From the NCBI GenBank assembly GCA_032718475.1, contig JAUCBJ010007881.1, positions 1-64,000 on the forward strand: a DNA stretch of 64,000 nt. Reading direction: 5' to 3'. Below are positions 25,793 through 39,176 of this stretch, in pieces (position 1 is the first letter of the stretch; each line of letters opens with the position of its first letter). The translations under genes were made by a program, and so were the position numbers. This stretch comes from Nemertoderma westbladi (Eukaryota; Animalia; Xenacoelomorpha). The notes under the pieces are model-generated. The model made no database searches. It worked only from the letters and a program-made list of their open reading frames with translations, and was not told where the DNA came from.

Positions 25793-26419
25793 CTACTACT
25801 ACTACTAGGCCGAGCGAACTCGGACAGTGGAAATGAGATCCTTCCAGGCTTCCCGATTCTCCATAGTTTCTCTCAAGTTCAGTATCCCTTTCAAGCTGGT
25901 CTATATATGTTATAGCCGGTCCTCCACTGGTACGCTTTCCGTGAGTTGGTTGCCAGAAATGTAGGTCTGGAATGACCTCGTCTTTACTTCTCCAGCAGTG
26001 CCCACTGAATTTGAATCTGCGTTCATGGGTGTTGTTGATACAAATGGTATAGTACCATAGAGCTCGGCGTTTGTCATGTGTTGTCTCCAGCTGATGTTTA
26101 GGGCTGCCCTTAGTAGTCTTGTGTAGCAACCATAAATTCGGTGTTCAAGTGATTTCGTCAATGTCCAGGTCTCACCCCCGTATAAAAGTACACTTTCCAC
26201 TGTGGCTCGAAAGAACTTAGTCTTCAGGTGCCTGGAGAGATCTGATTTCCAGATGGTATTCATTTTTGATAGAGCTACCCAAGCCTGTGCTTTCCTAACT
26301 TCTTATGTCCTTTTTGCTACTCTCTATCCATGATCCAAGGTACTGGAAGTCGTCGACCTTCCTTAGTTGATTATTATCAATGGTTGTCAAGTTTCCATCA
26401 TCATTTGGCATCATTAACA
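25793..26419 (-). mobile_element. 5'-truncated RTE-like LINE with (TAG)n tail and 24-bp TSD, in intron 1
   Basis: DDFQYLGSWI, IWKSDLSRHLKTKFFRATVESVLLYG, FSGHCWRS; CCTTATGGGGTGTTAATTGCCTTA at 25769-25792 and 26420-26443. Confidence 0.9.
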
Positions 26420-26505
26420 CCTTATGGGGTGTTAATTGCCTTAATTATGCTAATTGCATTTGGAATAATAATTAATAATTAATATTTTAATTTTTTTACT
26501 TTAAG

Positions 26506-26568
26506 GAAACTGATAAATGTAGCCGTTTAATCGATGCGATGTATTCCTACATTTCTGAAGTAAAGCAG
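26506..26568 (+). CDS. Neuropeptide-like precursor, coding exon 2
   Basis: T-rich tract and AAG acceptor; ETDKCSRLIDAMYSYISEVKQ; consensus donor CAG|GTAAGT; phase 0/0. Confidence 0.7.
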
Positions 26569-27940
26569 GTAAGTTCATAGAAAACCTAACATAACAAAAA
26601 TATCAAAATCTTTACTCCAACAGCAGCAGTAGCCAGCTTCACCTATTGTAGCATGGTCAATTACGAATTTGTACCTGACCCATGGAATTTAAATTTACCA
26701 CTTTATAACAAGGGCTAAAATAGTCCAACCTATACTCAGATATATTGTATTACAAGGTAGAAGAGAAAAGAGTTAAGGTAGAAAAATGCAGTGACGTAGT
26801 TGCTGAGACATTGTATTAGCTATTATTCTTTTTCCATCGATTAATATCATGGCCAACATGGGTCGAAAGCTTTTACAGTTAAACAATACTAGTGCATGCT
26901 ATCTATATGGACAGAATAGTATAGTGATTGTAGACATTGATACCAAGATCTATACAGCCTAATAGAAACTCTATATATATGTTTCCTATCATTTAACGTT
27001 AAAGTATTATTTTACTGGTTAGTCACTAGAAAGCCAGCAAGCTGGCTTTAAACGAACCTGCCCCTCAAACCAGTACACTGAGTGAGCGAAAATGAAAACA
27101 CGAAAATTGCCATCAACTCAATGATAGAAACACCAGCTGCTGGTACTCATGAGGGCCTAGTAAGCTACTACTATTTATTGAATGGATAGCCCAAACTGCA
27201 CAGAAGTAGGCCTATATTACTTGCTAAATTTATTACTCTCTCACTCTATCTCAGACAGTAATCAAACATCAACTGTTAGTTTGTATAATATATTACCCCG
27301 CCAGCTGAATAGCTCTTCCCAGTGGATCCTATGGGAATATCATTGTAAGCACAGGGCCGTTCAAATGTTTTATAGGTTGATGATAATGAATGATGAGGGA
27401 CCCAACTACACTACGTTTGTCTATATGGACGGTCTCCTTACAGCCAGCTGACTGGCTTTTCTAATTTAATCATATTATTCTGCAACCAATAGTTTACTCA
27501 TTTAGACGAATTAGTGCGTTTTTTTGCCGGACTAACAAATTTTGGCGACGTTCTGTGCGAGATTGGCGATATTTGAAAAGATTCTGAGGCTCAAATATGT
27601 TGCTCAAATGACTGAATAGCCCAAATAAAAAAGTTGGTGCATACTCGACGAGATGAAATCGGTGAAATTCGACTTTAAAGTTTCAAAATTTTATTTTTCA
27701 CTATTTTTCAGTGACCCCGTGATCGAAACGCCACAAAAAATATACAGTCTTGTGCGCAACCAAAATTTTTGTTGAGTTTCTTATTAAAATTTTTGCGTAC
27801 CTTCTTGAGTTTTTGAGATATTGGATGGTTATACATACACACACACACACAACAACGTCGTGTTTTTGAACGGCTCAACTCTTGACTTGAATCTCAGCTC
27901 TAATATATAATATCTATAATATCTAATAATATCTAAGCTC

Positions 27941-28345
27941 TTGAATCCAATTAGAATAAAATGCAATAAAATAATCCGTGCAATCACTTTTAGTCACTAC
28001 CAAGCGCATGCTGCTCCCTTATATAAACAATTAAATATTCTACCCTTAGGAAAATGCCATGAACTTGAAGTTAATAAATTTATGTTTGATATAACTCACA
28101 AAAAAAAACCGCAACCACTACAACACTTTTTCCAACAAACTGCTAATATCCATCGCTACCACACAAGATCCACAACTTCGCAAAACTTCTACATTCCATA
28201 TGCCAGACTACAGCACACACAAAACTCACTGATGCACACCGGCCCAAAAATCTGGAACAAACTACCCCCCTCATTAAAAAACTCAGTATCTCGTAAATCG
28301 CTTTCTCGAAAACTGAAGAAACATTTCCTATTCGACCTACAGTAA
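27941..28345 (+). mobile_element. CR1/L2-type LINE, 3' end of ORF2
   Basis: NKIIRAITFS..HAAPLYKQLNIL..H.YHTR..GPKIWNKLP C-terminal motifs. Confidence 0.8.
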
Positions 28346-30934
28346 CAATTACTTATTAAACGACTTTACTCTCCCCTCTGTCTTAGTCTGCACCCACACC
28401 CCGGACCCAACTTGTGTCTCTATTAACGATACACAGTGCACTCTGTGCGTCACGTGGAAGATTGGTACACTGCCTCCGCCATGTTGTTTTCGCATGGTAG
28501 ATGGTAAATAATTCTAGATAGCTCCAATAAATTCTAGACAACTTCAATCGTTACACTCTAATCGCAACAATCGCTGCCTCTCCCTTAGTCCCTACCTCTA
28601 CCCCCACCCCCCCCCCCCCCCCTCCCACGCCCCTACCCCCCCCCCCCCCCCCCACCACCCCCTCCCCCTTATTTTAATACACCACATGAACATATAAACA
28701 TATATTATCTCACTGATAGTCTACACTAGCTTCGCTACAGACTACAGTGGGAATAACTAATACTATACTTTCAACATGACTGTGCCACTGCCGATTTAAG
28801 TTTAATGTGTCTAATTGTCTAATATCACATTACCATTGTATATTTACAGTACAGTATGTTGTTCAGTTACATTCAAAATGTTATGCTGTGCTATGTTTTA
28901 TATGTAACTAATATACGAGCTCGCGAGGGCTCATCGAATTGAATTGAATCGAATTGAATTGACAAGAACTACCCTGGCCTATTAGAGGCATGTTCGTTAT
29001 TATAATGTTTGATTTATCTATAATATGGTTACGTGACAATGGTGTATCCACGCAAATAATATAATAATAATATTAAACTGAAAATCGTCTGTCGTCGTCA
29101 TTGTTATACTGGGTGGAGCCGTTATTGTGGGCTTCATAAATCTTTGACTGGGATCTGCGGGCAGTTAATAAATGGGAATTTCCTGCGTTGTATCGTAGTG
29201 ATTTAAGCTGATAAGTAGGTGGTGTATATGATACGTAATGGTATATGTGAAAAATTAGCCTCGTATTCTGTTGTGTGTGGTATTATTATATACAGCGGAC
29301 ATAGATTTTTAGACGAAGATTTTTATTCTGCGCAATAAAGAACCAGCAGCGTATTAAACACATAGTTAACACAGATGCGATCCTGGTAGGATTTAGCCTG
29401 ATCGAATATCAGACACTGCAACCTTGTAATTTACATTCACACAATCCCGGAAGGATTTACCCTGGATAAAGTGTAATGCATCAAACCGGTTAATTTATAT
29501 TTAGACAATCCTTTAAGGATTTATACATTGATCTAAAATGGAATGTTGAGAACCTGTTAATTAAGGATCCAAAGATTGAAAGCCAAACATCAGGTTAATA
29601 TGGGACGAATTTACTCCATTTAATATTACATTGGACTAGTTTTCGGTTTATGCATTGTAGTTCTGTAATAAATGTGGTATTTATTGATTTATATACCAGT
29701 GATTGCGATTGGTCAATAAATACATTATAAAGATATATGTAGTCCATATATATGTCCAATGGATAACTGGTTCCTGATAGGGAAATAAAGAAAAAAGGTT
29801 TGGATAGTTATGATGTGTTCAACCTTTGGAGTTAGTATGCCACCCTCATTGCCTCACGGGTAACAGATGGGCTAAAATGTGGGTCCAGTTTATGACAAAA
29901 CATAATTAAAGTTATTACATTCGAACGTATTGTAGGTGAGAACGATAATAATTTATTTATTTATTCAGTTACAAATCAATTACGATATCTCGATACTGTA
30001 CTGCTGCTTTTTACTTATTGATCAAATATAGGGCCTATATACACAGATAATGCACAAACAATATACAATATGTAATAATAGTGTAGCTCATCTACCCCTG
30101 GAATGCTCAATAATCAAACATAATGGAGAAACCAATTAATATCAGATAGAAAAATAAGTAACCTCGATGCACTTCGTTTCCTAGACAATTCTAATAATGA
30201 TTTTCTTGAGTTGTCCAACGATATCATCATTGACCTCAGACTGAAAAATCATGCTCCAGCAGAATTTACTCTTGACCCGGCTCTTAGAGGTCCAATTGAG
30301 ATATTCCCTCCTAGTACTTTGTCAGAACACATAAACATGAAAGAGATTGGCCCGCAGATCATCAAGCACTTCATTGTGGTTCATCTACATTTCTTGCAGG
30401 ATAGATCATGGTCGTGGTCGTGGTCGGGTGTATTTAAGACATAACAGACACAGGGGGAATGTATTGTATACATGTTTTACGTTGCTTAGTTACAATACAA
30501 GAGTTATCAAATTGAACAGCTGCAGAAGAAGTAGGATTTGTAATCCCAAGACCACCATAGCGCCCTGGTGATCTAATATGTCCTTAAGGCCTGAGTCGCA
30601 AAAGGAACGCAACATAGATGGGATTAATCGCTTATAGATTCTCATCCAAAAAAGATCCTCATCACCTTGAATTGAATGAATAAATTGAATTGAATTGAAG
30701 TCTCTTCTTTATATTAGAATTATTAAAATAAAAACAAATAAGTACGGAAATTTACAATATACATGAATTGAATTGAACGCTGAATCTGAATTTGTTATTA
30801 TTACAAATAACCACATCAAAAGCTACCAGTGCTACCAATAAACTATAAAACATTTTATGTATTTAAAACATTAATGAAAAAGAGGGGAAGCCCACCAAGG
30901 CCAATTGCACTTATTGGGGGCGCTGCGCAGCATC

Positions 30935-31012
30935 ACAAAAGATTTATTAATTTGACTACGTCACTGGGAAGTGAATTCCATAATGGCACTACTCTATTGG
31001 CAAACAAATGTA
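30935..31012 (-). mobile_element. CR1-like LINE 3'-end remnant
   Basis: Minus strand reads LFANRVVPLWNSLPSDVV. Confidence 0.6.
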
Positions 31013-31531
31013 ACACCGCTGGAAAAATATCCATCTAGAACTCAAGCTATGTGTAAATGCAGCATATGCTCCACTTAGCTCAGTTTCAGCTATTTCTCCT
31101 AACTTTTCGATCTGTTCACACCACCCTGCAACCTTACACTTGGCAAACATTGAAATTAAGTCTTGTGAAAGTTCCTATGACACCGACTTCTAAAATTGTT
31201 GGCAAGTAATAATATACTTCTGAATATCATTGTATATATTGAATATCATTATTATCTATTGAATATCATTATTAGGCCCTCTCTATCGATTTTTCAGAAG
31301 CACCAGCTGGTGTTTTTATCATTGTGTCAATGGACGGCGTTTTAAGTCTATATTTCGAGCCCAGAGGCTATGGAGGGAGTAGGCGAGTATGCCAGAGACC
31401 TTAGAATCCTGTCAGCCAGTGGAGTTGCTGTGAAAATTTATCGTTAGCGTTAGAGTAGTTTTGGCTGAAGATGAGTCAGTCAGCCAGTCACGAGCAATAC
31501 TTACAGTTCGTAACCTCTCGGTTCGGTTGGT

Positions 31532-31923
31532 TGAATTCTTAGCCCGCGAGTATTCTTAGACTGACGGTATTCTTAGCCCGCGAGTATTCTTAGCAGTATT
31601 AAAGGAGCAGGTTTCAGAAGCGTATTGGGGGAACCAAAACAATAAACGTTATTGAATGGGAGAATCTTTTGGGCTCGTTAAGCCAAGGAATGCCTATTCA
31701 CCACCATGGGTGATCTTCCACAGTAAACCCTTCCGCTCTGTTTCCCAAGTTGCCTTGGTTCCCATTTATCGACCACTGAAGGATGAAAGCCGGGGTTGGG
31801 CTAGGCTGCAGCATTTAAAGCACTGTGCCCAAACAGTGCTGCCCCATCTAGGGATCGATAAACGTTATTGTTTTGTGGGCTAAGAATACCCACGGGCTAA
31901 GAATACTCGCGGGCTAAGAATTC
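31532..31923. mobile_element. MITE-like element with repeated inverted subterminal units
   Basis: GAATTCTTAGCCCGCGAGTATTCTTAG on the left; its reverse complement at 31897-31923. Confidence 0.6.
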
Positions 31924-33811
31924 CTGAGACCCTCAGTTCCTTTACGTCATTTTATGTTTAATATGTTTTTGCCCTAATAATATAATATAATGTACGTTGT
32001 TTCTATTTTCCAACTCTAAATTCGTTTTTGATTTCACCAATTTTGTTTCATTTACTTCATGGCAATTATTTAAGAAATTGTTTCTATGTAGATCATATTG
32101 TAGATCATATTGTTGATCATTAACTGCAAATTCATTAATCATCAGATCATTAACGTGCTTATATCTTTTTGCATATATTTGCATTTGCAATCATACCCCT
32201 TTTCAGATTTGTACATATTATTATTCATCTATAAATTTATGTATATTTGTCGCGAATTCTCTTGCAGTTATGTATAATGTTTTGAATTTTCATGTTATAT
32301 ATTTAAGGTGTATAAGGGATAATAAAATTAATATCTACATATAAAAAGAAGTAAATAGGACAAAATTATTTATTGCATGGAAAATAAACTATTTTGTCCG
32401 TCGACCTCAATAATATGAATAATAAGCTGATGTCGGTCATGGTTATCGACTTATCATCGGATCAACAACCACCAATCGCTATCATTCAGCTGTTTCATTG
32501 GTCAGCAATGAAAAATCAAGTTCCTCAGAGCAGTCTTCAGTCATAATGGCATTCTATGAAGTATAAAACTACAGGAAGTGACTCATACAATTATTCCAGT
32601 CATTAACTTAAAGTCCTTAGTCTCAAACGACCATTAATTTTCTTCGGTAGCCGTTCGTTATCACAGGTACGTACACACGCATCTACAATCAGTCTCGTTT
32701 ATTACCAGCTGAGCCAAGACTATTAATGGTTGCCGAATTCAGGAAGCTAAGCCGAATGTCCCTAGGGTTTTTTTTTGTAAGATGAAACATGCAGCTTATT
32801 GATTGGCATAGGCAGTTCCTTTTTCCATTACAGGCCTGTAATATACCTGAATACGAGACACTTATGACATGTAAAATGACTAGGCCTCATCTCTACAGGT
32901 AATTAATCTACTTATTTATGGAGCAGGGCACACTTACATATTAAAGTAGCAAATTACATCCAGATTAACTTTATAGTGATTAATTAGACAGAGATAGAAA
33001 ATTGAGTTGATTGAGTGTATAATTAAAGTCCAGGATTGGCTCAAATTAACATAATGACCGGAGTTAACTAGTTGTAAACTTATTTATGTTGCAAACACGC
33101 GTCGTCCAACTGGTGTATGTACTGTGATGTGTAGTGTTATACAGTTATAGGTTCCAATAAGTCGTCTACAGTAGTGTGAAAACGAAAACTTTAAAAAAAA
33201 AAAATTTTAATTTCCTTCTCTCAAAAATTTGTTCCTATGCTTTTCTAAACTTTTCATCAACTACACGCATTTGGAATTTAAAAAATTTTACTGTTGGGGA
33301 AATATTTATTTTAAAATATTGAACCAACCAAATAAATAGCTGGACTGAAAGACAAATCCTATTTGGCCCAGAGACTGCAAACTCCAGTAGTTTGTGGTTC
33401 GCCACACCGCAGCGGCAGCGGTACGCAGAAAATGTTGATGGCACAATAATCATGATCTGATGCTCGCAGCCAGGAAGCTTAAAGTTCGCAATTTCGTTGA
33501 TAAAATCCATGTATTTCCTTTTCGGTTTTCTTTCCCCTTTTTCAATCAATTCCTTTCGGAGTTCCCGTCGCCGCTGCATAGCTAACGGTTCGTCTTGACA
33601 AAAATGCCCGACATTAGGGTTCTAGGTGATCAATTTTTAACAATAATCTGATGTACCTGTAATTGTAAATTGCATTAAATTATTGTCATTACTGTAGCTT
33701 TAATGAATGTAACATCATACCATTTAATTCTTGTAATTTAATTGAAAAGTTATTATATATAACGCAGTTGGAGAATGACAAAATGAAAGTAAATTCAAAT
33801 CTGAACAAAAT

Positions 33812-33982
33812 CCGCACGCATATTTCCAATTGGGATGTCGTTTCAGACTATGGAAGAATTTCAGGGCTGTTAATTGGCTGTTCCTCAAATAAGCTCACCT
33901 CATTGGCTAACACTCTCCCATAGTCAACAGATGTGTCGGTTCGGCCTAATTGCCAGAGGGGGTGTCGGTTGGGGCAAACTAC
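33812..33982 (-). repeat. Dispersed repeat, diverged inverted copy
   Basis: Reverse-complement similarity to 42520-42690 and 34577-34690. Confidence 0.75.
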
Positions 33983-34576
33983 TTATGTTACTGTTATTAA
34001 CAAATCTGCCATACAGGCCCCGATACATACTAACTAATCTACATATTATATAATTAATTCACAATGACATTTGCGCGAGCCACGTAGTGTAGTATGCAAA
34101 GAATTTGTAAACTGACAGTGTTGGGGGAGGGGGGGGGTCAATAAATGGAAATACCTGTGGTCATTAGTTTTTGTAGAGTAAGCCTACAGGCTTATTATTA
34201 TTAAGACACAAAAATATAAAAAAACAATAAATTAATGAAAGTAATATATACAATTTTCATTGGTGCTTCAAAATTAGCTACAGTATTACTGACAACCTAG
34301 GCTAGCCACAAGCAAATCAATTCATGATTTAGTCACAGTTGCAGACACCGCTTTCCTACTGTAATATTGTTCATTGTTGTTCTGCAAATTAACAAACGTT
34401 GTCGGTCGTTCAATTACTAATGTCATTTTGAGATGGAATGTAACGAATATCTGAGTATCTGCCAACCTACTAGAATACAGGCCGTGCAGCCGACTGCAAC
34501 CATAAAACTTATGGACCGACATTTTATGAGTGCTGCTCCTTCAGTGTAACAGAATACTTGCAATTCAGTAATAACG

Positions 34577-35040
34577 ACGGGAGAGTGTTAGCCAATGAGG
34601 AGAGCTTATTTTATTGGAGGAACAGCCAATTAGAAGCCCAGAAATACTCCCATAGGATGAAACGACACCCCAATTGGAAATATACAATCCGTACCTGTGC
34701 TTGAGACTGTAACTAAGGATGTACCGGTACCCCATAGAACACAATATGTTATATATTGAATGTGAGATTGTCGAAGAAATAGGAAAGATGGTAAAATCCC
34801 CCACCCCCCTGAATACTCACATGCTGTAAATCATTATTACATTACATTTTCGGACCTCATTTATACACCATAGAATAATATTGATAATGATTTTCCTTAT
34901 GTAAAACCAAGACAAAAGATTAGCCGTAACGCTTCAAGTAGCCGCAAAGTGACTTTTAGAGTAGCCGTACCGCGACTTGCGCAACTTGCGTGCCACTCTC
35001 CCAAAAAATTAGCCGTAGCGCGACATTAGCCGTATACCAA
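34577..35040 (+). repeat. Dispersed repeat, uninterrupted copy
   Basis: 34577-34926 is near-identical to 42581-42941 and continues TAACGCTTCAAG where the other copy meets an LTR. Confidence 0.85.
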
Positions 35041-36256
35041 GTGTATAGTAACACCATACGCATGCGTATGTCTATTGTTATAATCTGGCGACTTATTTTT
35101 ATTGCGGTCTAACCCACAACTATCTCGTACTCATTTAGCCACTATTATATTCCCGTTCACTTCACATCCAACGGAGAGTGGTAAACTACTGTACATGTTG
35201 ACAGGGGAGTTTGGTTCCAATAGTTAGTCTACTGTACCGGTATTGAAGCGGTATTCATGCGGTACACTACCGCTGAGCCTTTTAGCGGTAGCCCGTTCAC
35301 ACCCAACGGTATCGCGGTAACTGTTGGTCCATTTGTTCACAGTTAACTTAACAGTCTAGAAAGACATTTTATTAACATTATTTCAATGGGCAGCGGTAAA
35401 CAGCGCGGTGTACCGTTCCGTGGAGTGCGAACACACCTTTAAGTTTGCAAGACAGAGATGCGCCCTAGCTAGTCCCTTTAAAGCATTCGTGCCGAATCGA
35501 AACCTACCCTAACCGCCATGCAGGGATCGAACCCACTATTTATTTATATCAAAATTGTGAGAACATCACAAAAAACACCTGTTGTAATCGACATACCATT
35601 GTGATATAAAGGGCTCCTGGAATAGGAGGTAATGGGGGGGGGGGGGGGGGGGGGTAATCGTAATGAAATTAAAATTTATCCCGCTCCAGGGGAAATTCGA
35701 CTGAGATACTACAAAAACTTCAAACTTCAAAAACTACAGTGGATCTAAGTTGTATGTCCTGAATAAATTCCATATTCTAGAAGTCCTTGCTGTATGCTGA
35801 AGCTATAGCACGTAACCTGTTCGGCGGAAGGCAACCATATAAATTTCACTTGAAAATATAAATTCGAATTATTTATAATTATTATAATTAATTATTATTC
35901 TAATTAAATCCACTCCACATATTTGTGTTGTATAGTACTCGTGAAATACGATTCTAATTGGTAAATTGGTAAATATTGTTTTTAAAAATTATAAACTTCA
36001 GTTTAACCTCCAGGAATATACCCCAGGTTATAAAATGTTCATTGATAACAATAAGTCGACATTTTAACAATAAGCTTACATATTGTACTGCAAATAAAGT
36101 AATTTATTTACCGTCACATCCCTCGTTCTATCTTATTGATCTCGCTCCCTGCGCTCGGTCGGTAAATAAGTGCAATGTGCTGTAAATTATGTATATTTTA
36201 TTTACAGTACAATCAACTTCAACCCCAATTTATTTAGTTGATTATATAGGATTCAT

Positions 36257-36873
36257 CTTCATGGATATTACTCCATTCATGGATATTACTCCATTCATGG
36301 ATATTACTCCATTCATGGATATTACTCCGTTCATGGATATTACTCCGTTCATGGATATTACTCCATTCATGGATATTACTCCATTCATGGATATTACTCC
36401 ATTCATGGATATTACTCCATTCATGGATATTACTCCATTCATGGATATTACTCCATTCATGGATATTACTCCATTCATGGATATTACTCCATTCATGGAT
36501 ATTACTCCATTCATGGATATTACTCCATTCATGGATATTACTCCATTCATGGATATTACTCCATTCATGGATATTACTCCATTCATGGATATTACTCCAT
36601 TCATGGATATTACTCCATTCATGGATATTACTCCATTCATGGATATTACTCCATTCATGGATATTACTCCATTCATTGATATTACTCCATTCATAGATAT
36701 TACTCCATTCATGGATATTACTCCATTCATGGATATTACTCCATTCATGGATATTACTCCATTCATGGATATTACTCCATTCATGGATATTACTCCATTC
36801 ATGGATATTATTCCATTCATGGATATTACTCCATTCATGGATATTACTCCATTCATGGATATTACTCCGTTCA
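36257..36873. repeat. Highly homogeneous 18-bp minisatellite, about 34 copies
   Basis: Unit TTCATGGATATTACTCCA. Confidence 0.97.
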
Positions 36874-37025
36874 TTACGTTGTTAACATAACTAACCCTTT
36901 AGGAAAATCCGAAGTACAGCATACCGTTCCACCACTTATAAGGGTGTAGGTGAGGTGTAAAACGTTACATTTGATTTACAATGACATAACACATATTTAA
37001 TATATTTTAACAATATTTATTTCAG

Positions 37026-37055
37026 ATATTAGGAGAAGAAGTACAACGAAAATGA
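37026..37055 (+). CDS. Neuropeptide-like precursor, putative last coding exon
   Basis: TTTATTTCAG acceptor; ILGEEVQRK-stop in phase 0; AATAAA at 37194-37199. Confidence 0.55.
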   Translation: MLGEEVQRK

Positions 37056-37193
37056 AGTTGAAACACACTAGACAACAAGACTCGACTCTACAAAGAATAT
37101 AAAACTGCGTCCATACAAAACTTCTACAAAATAACATTATATAAATACAGAGTAATACAATATTGGGTCGTCAATATATATATAATCATACAA

Positions 37194-37226
37194 AATAAAA
37201 TAATCTTATACTAATAATAATTTATT
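37194..37226. terminator. Facing polyadenylation signals of the two convergent genes
   Basis: AATAAA on + at 37194-37199; TTTATT (AATAAA on -) at 37221-37226. Confidence 0.4.
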
Positions 37227-38215
37227 ATGACCTGTAAAACAATTGAATTAATTAACTGTTGACTTTTGGTTAATTTTAAGTCTTAATTAAATGAACGTTG
37301 AAATGTTTACTCGCAAACAACTCACACAAGGTTTTTTGTGTAAAATTAACCAACTTTGATCACGTCACCCATGCAGCAGTCTGTCACTGGGTCTCTTTTA
37401 CCAGAGGCTGATAGTCAGTCTAGGAACGAGAGTAGGCCTACTGATACACTCTAAATGTTAGGTGGACAGAATTTAAAGAGGTGCCGGGTGAGATAGAGTT
37501 GAATTGTAGAAGAGGTAAAGTAGTTGGTAGTTGGTAGATGGAAGAACCTCTAATATTCCATTCAAAAATATTAATTTCTTTACATCATAACCGCACTTTA
37601 GCCCTTATAAGTATAAAGTATAATCGTTTAATAGTAAGGTAATGAAGATAAGAACTGTCATTGCTAGGTTACGACATATGAAGAACATACTTTTATTCAT
37701 AAATTCGTACATTGTTTCTCAACGATGGAGATGTATTTATATAGGCAGGAATCTGTCAACCCTGATCTCTCGTTCTAAACGAATGCTCTTGCTCAGTTAC
37801 TACCAGCTGACATCCAAATGTAAAAGCGATGCGAAACAAAGTCAATATCCTAGACCTTCCTGATTAATCCAGTCGAGTACGAACTCGATTCGGCATTGCT
37901 AGGAATTAGTCGAAGTGTAAATTTTATACCTAAAATTTCAACAATATTGTGACTCTATAACAATTGTAGTTGGCCTCCTCTCTGGTCAGGAACGACAGCC
38001 AAAACAAGTTAAGAAACTAAAATATCGCCATACCTTAACGTAAGTATCAGTTGACTGCTGCCCGTTGCTCATTGGTTATAGATAATTGTGCTATCATCAG
38101 TACCCTAGCCTTAGTATATTCGATTTTTAGTGAATCATGATTCTTTACTTAACAATTAACAAAATAAGTACAACTAATTACTGTAACTAAATACGACCAA
38201 GTTTTTCACATTAAA

Positions 38216-38569
38216 TTAAACTGTTGAATTAGGATGAGAGGTGTATTTCGGTACTCCATCATATTTCATGAAGGTTACATCCTGATTAGTTAGGAATGTA
38301 TTGCTTTGGTTGGTATAGTTCGCTACATCCGTATAACTGTGACTGGTAGAAGAATCCATCGACGGCTGCATTGAGATGTTTCCCGTAGAGAGGTTAGGGG
38401 CTGACATTGCCAGATACTGGGAGAATGCCGGTACACATGTAACTGGTGTCACATCCATGGGAAGCGGAACTACGAGCGAATCTTGTTTCCTTTGTTTCTG
38501 TTTTGAATGAATTTTGGTATGTCTTTTTTTCTCGTCTGATCGCGCAAACTTCCTTCCACATGTTTCGCA
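38216..38569 (-). CDS. egr: EGR/Krox-20 family transcription factor, last coding exon (zinc finger 3 and C-terminal tail)
   Basis: [25 protein letters not shown] matches EGR finger 3 ([21 protein letters not shown]); TTTTTTAG acceptor at 38570-38577, phase 0; Ser/Thr/Pro-rich tail to TAA. Confidence 0.92.
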   Translation of the reverse strand, partial: CETCGRKFARSDEKKRHTKIHSKQKQRKQDSLVVPLPMDVTPVTCVPAFSQYLAMSAPNLSTGNISMQPSMDSSTSHSYTDVANYTNQSNTFLTNQDVTFMKYDGVPKYTSHPNSTV

Positions 38570-38862
38570 CTAAAAAATAATAATATCACGGAATATGAGG
38601 CGATATTACAGTCGGAAATCCAATATACAGCAAAGCACACTGTTCAGGGAACTGATAGCACAGATGTAACCAATGACTGACTGTTGATTCTCACCTGACC
38701 TTAGAGAAACAAATATCACTAACGGTGGCCCGCTCTTCATTTTTCCACCTTTGGAATATTTCAAAGATCAAGAGATATTTCTCTGGTAAGATTTCGAAAT
38801 GACAATTCATTCCCTAATAACTAGTAAACTGGACAATTACGGATTACCAAACAAATCTCTAA

Positions 38863-39176
38863 AGGCCATGATACTCCACAGGAGCGGCGAGCGGCCGCGT
38901 CAAGCGGCCACTTTTTAAAAATAGAACACATTACTTTCTATGGGTGTAGATACACCACAAATGGCCGCTGCCGCTCGCCGCTGTTCTGGGTATTATACCA
39001 AAAGTCGCCGTTCACATCGGCCGCTCACATCGGCCGCTCACATCGGCCGCTCACATCGGCCGCTCACATCGGCCGCTCACATCGGCCGCTCACATCGGCC
39101 GCTTATATCGGCCACACGCCGCGGCCGCTCGCCCGTCGCCGCGGCCGCTCGCCGCTCCTGTGGTGTATCATGGTCT
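38863..39176. mobile_element. PIF/Harbinger-like MITE with an internal 13-bp tandem repeat
   Basis: ~37-bp TIRs AGGCCATGATACTCCACAGGAGCGGCGAGCGGCCGCG and near reverse complement; TAA/TTA flanks; (CGCTCACATCGGC)n. Confidence 0.8.

Noticed and set aside
28596-28670. Poly-C tract as a G-quadruplex element
   Set aside because: Lies in a LINE 3' region; homopolymer length is unreliable and there is no functional context
30185-30400. Possible exon (KEIGPQIIKHFIV, faintly integrin-alpha-like)
   Set aside because: Similarity too weak, no convincing donor and no partner exons
33235-33625. Minus-strand 114-aa ORF
   Set aside because: No recognisable domain; may be a transposon fragment but cannot be supported
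36189-36890. MDITPF / MNGVIS repeat proteins
   Set aside because: Stop-free 18-bp minisatellite open on both strands; no splice or domain support
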